Origin: an uncultured Rhodobacteraceae bacterium
GTDB lineage: Bacteria; Pseudomonadota; Alphaproteobacteria; Rhizobiales; Amorphaceae
Length of the DNA stretch: 51,452 nt
Direction of reading: 5' to 3'
Assembly (NCBI GenBank): GCA_937884725.1
Contig: CAKZYH010000535.1
Coordinates: 1-51,452, forward strand
Position numbers and translations under genes: made by a program. Below are positions 36,579-46,861 of the stretch, one piece after another. The stretch's first letter is position 1; each line of letters opens with the position of its first letter. The notes below the pieces were generated by a model. It was given only the letters and a program-made list of their open reading frames with translations. It was not told the DNA's origin and did no database searches.

Positions 36579-37691
36579 CTACTCCGCCGCGTCGGCTTTC
36601 AGGACGCCGCGTTCGATTTGGTCCTGCTCGATGGCCTCGAAGAGCGCTTTGAAGTTGCCCTCGCCGAACCCGTCGTCGCCCTTGCGCTGGATGAACTCAA
36701 AGAAGATCGGGCCGATCATGGTCTTTGAGAAAATTTGCAGGAGGATGCGGGTTTCGCGCGAGCCGCCGCCCTTTTCGATCACGCCTTCGCCGTCGATGAG
36801 GATGCCGTGTTTGGCGAGGGCTTCGATGGGTTCTTCGTGGCCGGCGACGCGCTCTTTCGACATGGGATAGTAGGTCGGCGGGGGCGGGGGCATGAATTTG
36901 AGGCCGCGCTCGGCGATGGCGTCGACGCTTTGGTAGATGTCGTGGGCGCCGACCGCGATGTGTTGGATCCCTTCGCCGTTGTAGCGTTTCAGGTACTCGA
37001 CGATCTGGCCGGTCTCGCCGCGGTCCTCATTGATGGGGATGCGAATGCGGCCGCACGGGCTGGTAAGCGCGCGAGAGTAGAGACCGGTGTGTCTGCCCTG
37101 GATGTCGAAGAAGCGAATTTCGCGGAAGTTGAACAGGCGGCCGTAAAAATCGAACCACACGTCCATGTTGCCGCGGTGAACGTTGTGGGTGAGGTGGTCG
37201 AGATAATAAAAGCCGACGCCCGAGGGGTGGGCTGTGGTGAGCCAGTCGAACTCGTCGTTGTAGACGGAGTGGTCGCGGTGGCCGTCCACGAAGTAGAGGA
37301 GCGAGCCGCCGATGCCGCGGATGGCGGGCCAGTCCATGGTCTTGCCCTCGGTCACCTCTTCGGCGCCGTTTTTGAGGGCATGGGCGAGGGCGTGATGTGC
37401 GTCGGCGGTGCGCCAGGCCATGGACGGGGCGCAGGGGCCGTGCTCCTCAGCGAACTTCGTCGCGTGGCTGCCGGGCTCGGTGGTGAGGAGGTAGGAGATG
37501 TCGCCTTGCTGCCAAAGCTCGGCGGCTTTGGTTTTGTGAGTCGCGACGCGCGCGTAGCCCATCTTTTGGAACTGGGCGCGGATGGCGTCCGGATCGGGGC
37601 CGGAAAACTCGACGAACTCGAAGCCGTCGGTGCCGGCGGGGTTGTCCGCGGTGATGCCGGTGGCGGGGGCATCGTGGGGGAAGGGGCCCAT
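36579..37691 (-). CDS. hppD: 4-hydroxyphenylpyruvate dioxygenase
   Basis: [49 protein letters not shown]. Confidence 0.95.
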   Translation of the reverse strand: MGPFPHDAPATGITADNPAGTDGFEFVEFSGPDPDAIRAQFQKMGYARVATHKTKAAELWQQGDISYLLTTEPGSHATKFAEEHGPCAPSMAWRTADAHHALAHALKNGAEEVTEGKTMDWPAIRGIGGSLLYFVDGHRDHSVYNDEFDWLTTAHPSGVGFYYLDHLTHNVHRGNMDVWFDFYGRLFNFREIRFFDIQGRHTGLYSRALTSPCGRIRIPINEDRGETGQIVEYLKRYNGEGIQHIAVGAHDIYQSVDAIAERGLKFMPPPPPTYYPMSKERVAGHEEPIEALAKHGILIDGEGVIEKGGGSRETRILLQIFSKTMIGPIFFEFIQRKGDDGFGEGNFKALFEAIEQDQIERGVLKADAAE

Positions 37692-37833
37692 GGTGCACTC
37701 CTTGTGCTGGCGGGCGGCGCGATGGTCGGCGCCCGCACATGATCCTCATAACCACACAATAGGTGGGAGTTTTTCGCGCGGTTGCGAATGGGCGGCGGCG
37801 AATTTGCGCGCCGACCACTTGGAGCGGGTGCTG

Positions 37834-39288
37834 TTACCAGACGGTCGAGATGTATTGGGTTTCTTGGAATTCCAGGAGGCCTTCCTTGCCGCCCTCGCGG
37901 CCAAGGCCTGACTGTTTGGTGCCGCCGAACGGGGCTGCCGGGTCGGAGACGAGACCGCGGTTGAGGCCGACCATGCCGAAATCGAGTTCCTCGGAGACGG
38001 CGAGGCCGCGCTTGAGGTCTTCGGTGTAAAGGTACGCGACCAGGCCGTATTCGGTGTCGTTGGCGCGGGCGATGATTTCAGCATCGTCCGAGAAGGTCTG
38101 GATCGCGGCGACGGGGCCGAAAATCTCGTCGTGCAGGAGATCGGCGTTGTCAGGCACATCAGTGAGCACGGTGGCAGGGTAAAAGAAGCCCGGCTGGTTA
38201 GGGCGTTGGCCGCCGAGGCGCACCGTGGCGCCCTTTTCCATGGCGTCGACCACGAAGGCGTGGACCTTGTCGCGGGTTTCGGCGTTGACCAGCGGGCCGA
38301 GGGTGACGCCGTCGTCGAGGCCGGGGCCCATGTTGAGCGCGGCCATGCGCTGGGTGAATTTTTCCACGAACGGGGCTTCAACGTCCTTGTGGACGTAGAT
38401 GCGGTTGGCGGCGGTGCAGGCTTCGCCGCCGTTGCGCATTTTGGCGACCATGAGGCCGTCGGCTGCAGCGTCGAGGTCGGCGTCATCGAAGACGATGAAG
38501 GGGGCGTTACCGCCAAGCTCCATGGCGGGTTTCAGGATGGTGTCGGCGGCGGTGCGCAAGAGCTTGCGGCCCACCTCGGTGGAGCCGGTGAAGGAGATGA
38601 TGCGCACGCGCGGGTCGGCCATCATGGCGGCGACGACGGCGCCGGAGGAGCGGCTCGGCAGCATGTTGACCGCGCCGGCGGGGACGCCTGCCGCTTCCAG
38701 GATGGGGACAAGCTCCAGCATGGTGAGCGGCGTTTCGGAGGCGGGTTTGACGACCATCGTGCAGCCGGCGGCGAGGGCGGGTGCGATTTTGCGCGTCCCC
38801 ATGGCGGCCGGGAAATTCCAGGGCGTGACGAGGACCGCGACGCCGGCGGGCTTTTGATGAACTAGCGTGCGCGCGCCGCTGGCGGGGGCGATCCCGAGGT
38901 GGCCTTCGGAGCGGACAGCCTCTTCGGCGTACCAGCGGAAAAACTCTGCGGCGTAGGCGGCTTCGCCTTTGGCGTCCGGCAGGGCCTTGCCGTTTTCAAG
39001 CTCGATCAGTTCGGCGAAGCGGGCGAGCTTGCCTTTCATCATTTCGTAGGCCGTGCGCAGGACCTCGCCGCGCTCGCGCGGGGGGCGGTTGCGCCACTCC
39101 TCGAACGCGTTGGCGGCGGCGTCCACTGCGGCGTTGGCATCCTCGACCGTGCCGGAGGCGACGGTGGCGAGGACAGTTTCGTCGGCGGGGTTCAGGACAT
39201 CAAAGGTGCTGCCGTCGGACGCATCGCGCCATGCACCTGCGATGTGAAGCTGGGTGGGGGCCGACTTATGGGCTGTTCCGAGGGCCAT
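37834..39288 (-). CDS. gabD: NAD(P)-dependent succinate-semialdehyde dehydrogenase-like aldehyde dehydrogenase
   Basis: PWNFP, FTGSTEVG, ELGGNAP, RNGGEAC, EIFGP, PFGG.KQSGLGREG. Confidence 0.8.
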   Translation of the reverse strand: MALGTAHKSAPTQLHIAGAWRDASDGSTFDVLNPADETVLATVASGTVEDANAAVDAAANAFEEWRNRPPRERGEVLRTAYEMMKGKLARFAELIELENGKALPDAKGEAAYAAEFFRWYAEEAVRSEGHLGIAPASGARTLVHQKPAGVAVLVTPWNFPAAMGTRKIAPALAAGCTMVVKPASETPLTMLELVPILEAAGVPAGAVNMLPSRSSGAVVAAMMADPRVRIISFTGSTEVGRKLLRTAADTILKPAMELGGNAPFIVFDDADLDAAADGLMVAKMRNGGEACTAANRIYVHKDVEAPFVEKFTQRMAALNMGPGLDDGVTLGPLVNAETRDKVHAFVVDAMEKGATVRLGGQRPNQPGFFYPATVLTDVPDNADLLHDEIFGPVAAIQTFSDDAEIIARANDTEYGLVAYLYTEDLKRGLAVSEELDFGMVGLNRGLVSDPAAPFGGTKQSGLGREGGKEGLLEFQETQYISTVW

Positions 39289-39388
39289 GGCGTTCCTCCG
39301 CGCATTGTTTCTTTAAGATGCCGGCTTGGCCGCCAGCGCTGATGGTTATGTGGGTTTGGGCGTCACTTAGACACTTAAGGTGTGGGCG

Positions 39389-40882
39389 TCACTTGGACGC
39401 CGTGCGCAAGGGCAACTCCTCCATGCGCGAGAAAAAGAACAGGCTGATGGCGGCCGATAGGGCGGCGGCGGCGAACACCATGCGGTAGCCTGATAAGATG
39501 CCGTCGAGGTCTTGGGCGACGACGCCAAGCTCCACCGAGCCGACGGTGAGTGCGCCAAAGAGGGCGACCATGAGGGCCGCGCCCAGCTGGCGGAAGAATG
39601 AGGTGGAGGCGGTGGCGACGCCCATTTCGTGCGACGGGACTGCGTTTTGGACCGCGACGGTGATCACGGGGAGCGTGGTGCCGATGCCGAAGCTGATGGC
39701 GCCGAGGAACAGCGAGAAGACAAGGTCGGGGAGCAGCGGGAAGGCGGCGGCCAGGAAGGCGCACATGGCGATGGCGAGCGCGAGGCCGAACATGGGCGGA
39801 CGCTTGTAGTGCCGGATGCGGCCCATGGCTTGGCCGGCGAGCATGGCGCCGACGACGGTGGAGACCATGAGCGGGATGACGGCGATGCCGGACGCGGTCG
39901 GCGAGTAACCGCGGGCAAGCTCGAAATAGAGCGGGGCCATGACGCAAAGGCCAATGAAGGCGCCGAAGCCGAAGAAGCTCGACAAAATGGCGTTGCTGAC
40001 CACTGAGCTTTGCAGGACAGTCATGGGAATGAGCGGGTCGCTGGCGCGGAAGAAGTGTCGGCGTGCGAGCGCGCCGCTGCCGATGCTGAGCGCGAGGAGG
40101 GCAAAGCTTGCCGGTGAGAGCCAGCCGTACTCGGGGCCGCTCCAGCTGAGCATCAGCAGGAAGGATGCTGTGGTGATGCAGACGAGCGCTGCGCCGGGGA
40201 GATCGAGCGGGCTGTTTCGTTGGTTTCGCGGCAGCTTTCCCATCAGTGGGACAGCGATGAAGAGGGCGAGCGCCGCGAGCGGGACGTTGATCCAGAAGAT
40301 GACCGACCAGTGCAGGAAGTCGGCGATGACGCCGCCCAGCGCCGGGCCGGCGAGCGAGGATGTCGCGTAGACGGTGGCGACGTAGCCTTGATATTTGCCC
40401 CTGGCGCGGGGGGAAATCATGTCGCCCATCACCGTCATGGGGATCGCGACGAGCGCGCCCGCGCCGACGCCCTGGAGCGCCCGGGCGGCGATAAGCTGGG
40501 GCATGGTTTGGGCGAGCGCGCAGGCGACGGAGCCGAGCGTGAAGAGGGCGACGCCCAGAAGCAGCGCCGGGCGGCGGCCATGGGTGTCGCTGAAGCGGCC
40601 GTAGAGGAGCGCTGTGGTGGTGGCCGACAAGATGTAGGCCGTCACGATCCAGGAGAGGCCGCCACCGCCAAGCTCTGCGGCGATGGTGGGGAGGGCGGTG
40701 ACGACGATGGTTTGATCGAGCGCTGCCAGGAAAAGGGCGAGCATCACGCCGGTCAGAATGCGCCGGACGTCGGACTTGGTGAGGCCCGGTGCGAAGGGGC
40801 TTTCTGGCGCTCTCCCTGCGGCGTCGGCCACGGCGCCGCCTGGCGTTGCGACACTGTCGGGGGCGCTAGTCGTCTGTCTCAT
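39389..40882 (-). CDS. MFS drug:H+ antiporter (DHA2/EmrB-QacA type)
   Basis: ALDQTIV..ALP, GRFSDTHGRR, GPALGG, WSVIFWINVP; many TM segments. Confidence 0.88.
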   Translation of the reverse strand: MRQTTSAPDSVATPGGAVADAAGRAPESPFAPGLTKSDVRRILTGVMLALFLAALDQTIVVTALPTIAAELGGGGLSWIVTAYILSATTTALLYGRFSDTHGRRPALLLGVALFTLGSVACALAQTMPQLIAARALQGVGAGALVAIPMTVMGDMISPRARGKYQGYVATVYATSSLAGPALGGVIADFLHWSVIFWINVPLAALALFIAVPLMGKLPRNQRNSPLDLPGAALVCITTASFLLMLSWSGPEYGWLSPASFALLALSIGSGALARRHFFRASDPLIPMTVLQSSVVSNAILSSFFGFGAFIGLCVMAPLYFELARGYSPTASGIAVIPLMVSTVVGAMLAGQAMGRIRHYKRPPMFGLALAIAMCAFLAAAFPLLPDLVFSLFLGAISFGIGTTLPVITVAVQNAVPSHEMGVATASTSFFRQLGAALMVALFGALTVGSVELGVVAQDLDGILSGYRMVFAAAALSAAISLFFFSRMEELPLRTASK

Positions 40883-40964
40883 TGCCCATCACGTGGTGCG
40901 ACGGGCCATCTGTTCCACGCTCTCGCTCCTGCACCACGGTCGCAGCAGTGTCCCGCTGCTTGCC

Positions 40965-42311
40965 TCAAGTCTCGCGCCAGGCGCGGCGGAATTGTTCGGT
41001 GAGCGGGCGCATGAGGTAGGACACGACTGTTTGGCCGCCGGTGGAGATGAACACCTCGGCAGGCATGCCTGGCAGGAGCACCAGGTTATCGTCCAGCCGG
41101 TCGAGCTCGCCGTCGTTCAGGCGCACGCGCACGCTGTAGTAGGTGAAGCCGGTTTGTTCGTCACGGCTTGCTTCGGCGGACACGAATGTCACCTCGCCGT
41201 GCAGCTGGGGCGTCGATTTATAGTCGAAGGCTGAGAGTACGACGACGGCCTCCTGGCCGATGGCGACCTGGTCGACGTCGGTGGGCAGCACCTGGCTTTC
41301 GATGAGGAGCCGGTCGGCGGCCGGGACGATTTGCATGATCGTTTCGGCCGGCTGGATGACGCCGCCCTCGGTGAAGGCGGTCAGCTCGAACACCCGGCCG
41401 CTGGCGGGGGCGCGGATGTCCATGCGGTCGAGCTGGAAGTCTGCCGCGACGCGGCGTTCTTTGAGGTTGGCGAGTTCGGGTTTGATCTCCGTGATCTCTT
41501 TGAAGGTGTTTTCGCGGCGGTCTGTGGTGAGCGACAGCACCTCAAGCTCGGTCTCGGTAATGCGGCCCTTGGCGACGGCGATGCGTGAGAGGAGATCGCC
41601 TGCCTCGCCGTCGAGCCGCATTTTCGTTCGGCGCAGATTGACGACGCGGTCGCGGGTTGTGTTGCCCTTGGCGAAGAGGTCTTCGATGACTTCGAGTTCT
41701 TCGTCGATGAGCTCGATCTCGCCCATTTTCGCTTTGTGTTGGGCTTCAAGTCCCACGATCTGCTGCTCGAGCTGACCGGTGCGCTCGTTCAGCCGGTCCA
41801 CCTGCCCATCGATGGTGACGTTGCGCGCCTGAAACATGCTCGTTTCGGAGGCCATGGCCTGCTTCACGAGCGGGTCGTCCATGCGCTTGCTGAGTTCGTC
41901 CGGGACGGGGAGGGTGTCGGCGTCGGTGCGCTCCGCTTCCAGGCGGGCGAGGCGGGCTTCGAGCGCAATGATTTGGCCGTCGAGCAGGGCACGGTTTGCG
42001 GCAACAAGGGTTTCATCGAGCTGAATGAGGAGGTCGCCCTCATCCACGTGCTGTCCGTCGGTGATATTGATTTTGCCGACGATGCCCCCGTCGGCGTGCT
42101 GCACTTGCCGCACGTTGGATGCGACGACGACGACGCCCGATGAAATGACCGCTGAGGCGAGCTGCGCTGTGGCCGCCCAGCCGCCGACGCCGAAGATGAG
42201 GATCACGCAGGCGAGGCTGCCGATCTTTGTGTAGCGGCGGATGGAGGCGGAAAACCGCGGTGTCGATTTGGGGGCCGGATCGGGTGGGGGCGATGTGGAG
42301 AGGGCCATCAA
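40965..42311 (-). CDS. HlyD-family type I secretion membrane fusion protein (PrsE/AprE-like)
   Basis: N-terminal TM, VQHADGGIV, coiled coil, IRAPASG, GGVIQP, PGMPAEVFI..YLMRP. Confidence 0.92.
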   Translation of the reverse strand: MMALSTSPPPDPAPKSTPRFSASIRRYTKIGSLACVILIFGVGGWAATAQLASAVISSGVVVVASNVRQVQHADGGIVGKINITDGQHVDEGDLLIQLDETLVAANRALLDGQIIALEARLARLEAERTDADTLPVPDELSKRMDDPLVKQAMASETSMFQARNVTIDGQVDRLNERTGQLEQQIVGLEAQHKAKMGEIELIDEELEVIEDLFAKGNTTRDRVVNLRRTKMRLDGEAGDLLSRIAVAKGRITETELEVLSLTTDRRENTFKEITEIKPELANLKERRVAADFQLDRMDIRAPASGRVFELTAFTEGGVIQPAETIMQIVPAADRLLIESQVLPTDVDQVAIGQEAVVVLSAFDYKSTPQLHGEVTFVSAEASRDEQTGFTYYSVRVRLNDGELDRLDDNLVLLPGMPAEVFISTGGQTVVSYLMRPLTEQFRRAWRET

Positions 42312-42314
42312 CGC

Positions 42315-44066
42315 TTACTCCGCTGGATTGGCAGTGGTGGCGGGGGGCGTGCCGGCATCGGCCGGTTGGGGCAGCTGGGCGGGGCGGATATTGTCCACCT
42401 TTTCGCGCCGCATGACCTTCTTGAGGACTTCATCGCGATCGCCAAAGTCGGCAAGACGGCCGTTGTCGATGAGGGCGAGCTTATCGGTGGCCGAAAGCGC
42501 CGAGGGGCGGTGGGCTACGACGATGACGATGGCGCCCCGGGCCTTGGTGCTGGAAATGGCCTTGTTGAGCGCGCTGTCGCCGTAGCCGTCGAGGTTGGAG
42601 TTGGGCTCGTCGAGCACGATGAGGAAGGGGTCGCCGAACAGAGCGCGGGCGAGCGCGATTCGCTGACGCTGGCCGGCAGAGAGGCGCGCGCCCTGGTCGC
42701 CGAGCTGGGTGCCGTAGCCTTCTTTGAAGCTGAGGATGAGTTCGTGGCAGCCTGCGGTTTTGGCGGCTGCGATAACGTCCTCGTCCTTCGCACCGGCCCG
42801 GAAGCGCGCGATGTTTTCCGCGATGGTGCCCTCAAACAGCTCCACGTCCTGGGGCAGATAGCCGATGTGCTGGCCAAGCTTGTCGGGGTCCCATTGATGG
42901 AGCGGGGCGTGGTCGAGCGATACGACGCCGCGCAGTGGCGGCCAGACGCCCACCAGCGCGCGGGCGAGCGTGGACTTGCCGCAGCCCGACTGGCCGATGA
43001 TGCCGAGCGCGGTGCCGGCGGCGAGCTGAAAGCGTATGTCGATCAGCGTTGGCGTGCGTGAGCCGGGCGGGACGACAGTGATGTTTTCGACCTGGAGACC
43101 TTGGCTTGGGGACGGCAGGTTGAGCGCCTCTTCGGAGGTCGGCGCGTTGAAGGTTTGCTTGAGCCGCTTGTAGGCCTGCTGCGCCCCCAGCATTTGGCGC
43201 CAGTTCTGGACCGCCATTTCCACGGGCTGGAGGCCGCGGGCCATGATGATGGACGCCGCAATCATCGCGCCTGGGCTGATGACTTCCTGGATCGCGAGGT
43301 AGGCGCCGAGGGCAAGCACCGCGGACTGTAGGAAGAGCCGGAAGGTTTTGGACAGGACCGAGGATAGGCCCACCGCGTCGGCGGCTTTTGCATTGGCGGT
43401 CAAGAAACGCTCGTTGACCCCGTCCCAAACCGAGCCGATGGAGCCCATCATACCCATGCCATGGAGCACTTCGGCATTGCGCCGGCCTGAGGACACGATT
43501 GCGTTGCGCTGGGCTGAGAGGGCCGAGGTATCGCGCATCAGCGGGCGCGCGACACGGTCGACGCCGACGGCGATGATGAAGAGGATGATCGCCCCCACGA
43601 CGGCGAGATAGCCGAGCCACGGGTGGATGAGGAACACGATGCCGATATAGATCGGCATCCACGGCATATCGAACAGTGCGGTAATGCCGGGGGACGCGAA
43701 ATAGGAGCGGATCTGGTCGACATCGCGGACCGGCTCGGTTTTCGCGGCGGTCGGCCCGAGTTTAATGGGCGAGCTGACCTGCGTAACGAACGCTGAGCGG
43801 CCGATGTCTTCGTCGAACTTGTGGCCGATCCGGGTGAGGACGCGGTACCGGACCAGGTCGACGATGCCCATAAAGAGGTACAGGGCGACCACAAGGCCAG
43901 CGAGCGCGATCAGCGTCGGGACGCTGCGGCTAGTCAGCACTCGGTCGTAAATCTGCAGCATGAAGATCGGGCCGGTGAGCATCAAAATGTTGACCACGCA
44001 GCTGAAGCCGCCGACGGCCCAAAAGGTGCGTCTGATTGACGCCATGGCCGACTGCAAAACGTTCAT
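42315..44066 (-). CDS. Type I secretion ABC permease/ATPase (PrsD/AprD-like)
   Basis: FMLQIYDRVL.SRS..TL, DMPWMP, GQSGCGKS, LSAGQRQR, LDEPNSNLD. Confidence 0.92.
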   Translation of the reverse strand: MNVLQSAMASIRRTFWAVGGFSCVVNILMLTGPIFMLQIYDRVLTSRSVPTLIALAGLVVALYLFMGIVDLVRYRVLTRIGHKFDEDIGRSAFVTQVSSPIKLGPTAAKTEPVRDVDQIRSYFASPGITALFDMPWMPIYIGIVFLIHPWLGYLAVVGAIILFIIAVGVDRVARPLMRDTSALSAQRNAIVSSGRRNAEVLHGMGMMGSIGSVWDGVNERFLTANAKAADAVGLSSVLSKTFRLFLQSAVLALGAYLAIQEVISPGAMIAASIIMARGLQPVEMAVQNWRQMLGAQQAYKRLKQTFNAPTSEEALNLPSPSQGLQVENITVVPPGSRTPTLIDIRFQLAAGTALGIIGQSGCGKSTLARALVGVWPPLRGVVSLDHAPLHQWDPDKLGQHIGYLPQDVELFEGTIAENIARFRAGAKDEDVIAAAKTAGCHELILSFKEGYGTQLGDQGARLSAGQRQRIALARALFGDPFLIVLDEPNSNLDGYGDSALNKAISSTKARGAIVIVVAHRPSALSATDKLALIDNGRLADFGDRDEVLKKVMRREKVDNIRPAQLPQPADAGTPPATTANPAE

Positions 44067-44246
44067 CGTCAACGCGCTTACCCCGCAATCCCGAAACATT
44101 GTCGATCAGTGACGCAACATACTTATAGGTTGGGCCGCATTAAGACCACGCGTGGAGTTTAACCATACGGCAACACAACTCACGGGCGCGCCTGGTCGGT
44201 GCAAGGCGGTTAGTGCATACGCAAAGGGCATCAAAGACGTGGTAAT

Positions 44247-46349
44247 GTGATCCGTCTCGCTTCGGAACAGGGTAGAAGGGTGACCGACCTCAGCGACCTT
44301 CAGGCGATGGCGTCGCTCGCGTGCGATGCGACAGGCAGCGTCGGCGCGGCGCTGATCGTCCTGCGCGACGGGCACCTGCAGATGATTTCCCACTTTCCGG
44401 CTGCGTATCAGCCGATCCCGGTCGATGACATCTTGACGTCAGTGCGGGAGTGCACGGCGAACGACCCCGAGCCGACCACCATTTTGCACCTTGAGGGTTG
44501 GTCTTTCTTTGGGACGGCAGATGGTGCCGGTGACGCTCTTATCCTGGCTGTCATGGAGCCGAACAGCGCCGCGCTCCTGGAAAAGCTCCATCACGCCGTG
44601 TCGGCGACGCTGCGCCACTCCGCGGGTGCGATGCTGAGGGTGAAGGCACAAACGGTCCTGTCCAACATCGAGGAGATGGCTGGGATCGGCATCTGGGACG
44701 CGTCGCTGGCCAGCGGTGCGATGAGCTGCAGCCCGATTGTGTATCAGCTGGCGGGCATCGATGCCCAGCATGACGCCTTGTCGCTTGACGATTTGGTTGG
44801 CTTTTTTCGGGCCGACGTGCGCGCTTTGGTGCGCAAGAGCATTGCCAACGCCATCCAAAACGGGACGGGATGCAGCCTTACGTTGCCGTTCCAACGGGCC
44901 GACGGTCGCGAGTGCGTGATGCGGCTGGTGGGCCATGTGGAAGGCACAGGGGATGAGGCCCGCATGTTTGGCATCATGCAGGATGTCACCCAGGAGAAAG
45001 AGGCTGAGAAGCGGCTGTGGTGGACCGCCAACCACGACCCGCTGACCCATCTTCCAAACCGCATGCTGTTCCAGGAAAGGCTCGCGAGCGCTTTGATGTC
45101 GGCCGGCAATAGCGGCGCGAGCGCTGGGCTCATCTTGGTGGACGTGGACAACTTCAAGTCCATCAACGACGTCTATGGGCACGAGGCAGGCGATGATCTC
45201 TTGCGCTTGGTGGCGGCGCGGCTTGGTGCGTGCACGCGCGTCGGCGACACATTGGCCCGGTTGGGCGGGGATGAGTTCGCGATTATCGTGACGGACCTGC
45301 CGACGGAGCTGGAGATCAACGTGATCTTCGGGCGGCTGATCGAAGCGGCGACAATCGACTTCAGCTATCGTGGGGTTTCGATCCCGGTGAAGCTGTCCTT
45401 TGGGGCCGCAGTTTTTCCCAAGGACGCGCGGGACGGGGCCGAACTTTACCGTAACGCTGACCTTGCCATGTTCAGCGCCAAGCCCGACCCCCATGTGCGC
45501 GGGCTTGTTTACCAGCCCCGCCTGGGCGCGGAGCAAGATGGCCGGGAGGCTCAGCTTCAAAGGATCCGCGCGGCAGTGGCCAACAGCGCCGTTGAGCCTT
45601 TCATCATGCCTGTGGTCGATCTCAACACCGGCGCGACGACATCTTTTGATGTGCTGCCGTTCTGGCGTGATGGGGAGACTGTGCACAACGAGACGGCGTT
45701 GGCCCCGGCGCTCGACGACACTGAGCTGGCGCCGGACATCGGCATTACCAGCATCGAGAGGCTTGCTGAGATCCTGGGTTCTATGACGGCGGCGCAAGAA
45801 ACTGCGATGTCGGTAAGCGTCGCGGTGTCCCCGCGCCAGTTGCTAAACCTGCGATTTACGGCCGCGCTACTGGAGCTTTTGGACACCTTTGGTGGGATCG
45901 GCGGGCGATACCGGTTTCAGCTGTTGACCGAAACGCTGCCGTTCGAGCGCGATCTGCCTCAGGGCGCTCAGGTGGTTGATCGTTTGATCGCGCAAGGTCT
46001 CGGGCTCAGCATGAACAATTTTGCCTTCGGGCTCGTCGCCTTGCTGGAACGCTCCTTGTGCCCGGTGCGCGAGATAAAATTTCCCAAGGCGGTTATCCTT
46101 GAGGCGGATCGGCAGGAGCGAACCGGGCCGTTATTGCGTGGTGCGGCGAGTGCCTGCCGGCGGCTTGGCGTTGAGATGGTTGTGACGGGGATTTCAAGTC
46201 AGTGCGAAGTCGATGCGCTGAGGGCAATGGGGTATACGCGCGGTCAGGGACCGTTGCTGTCGCGTGCGCTCGAGCTGCATCATTTGCCGGTGCTGCTCTC
46301 GTCGCCGCCATCATCGCCTCTGATGGGCGCTGAGGTGTCCCCGAACTAG
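44247..46349 (+). CDS. PAS-GGDEF-degenerate EAL diguanylate cyclase
   Basis: GIGIW..QDVT PAS/PAC region, HDPLTHLPNR, DNFKSINDVYGH, RVGD-x5-GGDEF; the EAL region lacks EAL and DDFGTG. Start uncertain. Confidence 0.85.
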   Translation: MIRLASEQGRRVTDLSDLQAMASLACDATGSVGAALIVLRDGHLQMISHFPAAYQPIPVDDILTSVRECTANDPEPTTILHLEGWSFFGTADGAGDALILAVMEPNSAALLEKLHHAVSATLRHSAGAMLRVKAQTVLSNIEEMAGIGIWDASLASGAMSCSPIVYQLAGIDAQHDALSLDDLVGFFRADVRALVRKSIANAIQNGTGCSLTLPFQRADGRECVMRLVGHVEGTGDEARMFGIMQDVTQEKEAEKRLWWTANHDPLTHLPNRMLFQERLASALMSAGNSGASAGLILVDVDNFKSINDVYGHEAGDDLLRLVAARLGACTRVGDTLARLGGDEFAIIVTDLPTELEINVIFGRLIEAATIDFSYRGVSIPVKLSFGAAVFPKDARDGAELYRNADLAMFSAKPDPHVRGLVYQPRLGAEQDGREAQLQRIRAAVANSAVEPFIMPVVDLNTGATTSFDVLPFWRDGETVHNETALAPALDDTELAPDIGITSIERLAEILGSMTAAQETAMSVSVAVSPRQLLNLRFTAALLELLDTFGGIGGRYRFQLLTETLPFERDLPQGAQVVDRLIAQGLGLSMNNFAFGLVALLERSLCPVREIKFPKAVILEADRQERTGPLLRGAASACRRLGVEMVVTGISSQCEVDALRAMGYTRGQGPLLSRALELHHLPVLLSSPPSSPLMGAEVSPN

Positions 46350-46393
46350 GGGCTGTGCCGGCTGCCGCTGCGTTTGCTGGTTGCGTTGCTGGG

Positions 46394-46861
46394 CTAGACG
46401 GAATCGCGGGCGGAGCGGCTGAGTTTGGCCGAGACTGCGCCGGCTTCCTCGCCGATTGCATGAACCCGCGCGGCGATTGTGGTAGCCAAGGTGTTGGCGG
46501 CGTCCGGGTATTCTTCGAGTACTTTCAACATCTCGCTGCGCGAGATGAGCAACAGCTCGCACGTGCTTTGCGCGATGGCCGTTGCCTGGCGCTGACGCGG
46601 GATGATCAACGCGAGGTCGTCGATGAGTTGGCCAACCCCCGCCGTGGCGGGGGCGAGCTGTGGGTTGTCCGGGATAAGCCGAAGCTGGCCGGCGAGCACC
46701 AGGACGGCGCCGTCGGCGTCATCGCCGGCCTCAAACAGCGTCTGCCGCTGACGCAGAGCCACAGGCTCTGCGTTGAACGCCAGAAACTTCAAAGCATCAT
46801 CGTCGAGGGGCTTTAAGAATTCCGCGTTGCGCATCACGGCGAGGCGGCGGGCAACGCTCAC
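46394..46861 (-). CDS. Cyclic nucleotide-binding domain protein
   Basis: LFEAGDDADGAVLVLAGQL, RQATAIA..CELL; no HTH. Confidence 0.8.
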   Translation of the reverse strand: MSVARRLAVMRNAEFLKPLDDDALKFLAFNAEPVALRQRQTLFEAGDDADGAVLVLAGQLRLIPDNPQLAPATAGVGQLIDDLALIIPRQRQATAIAQSTCELLLISRSEMLKVLEEYPDAANTLATTIAARVHAIGEEAGAVSAKLSRSARDSV

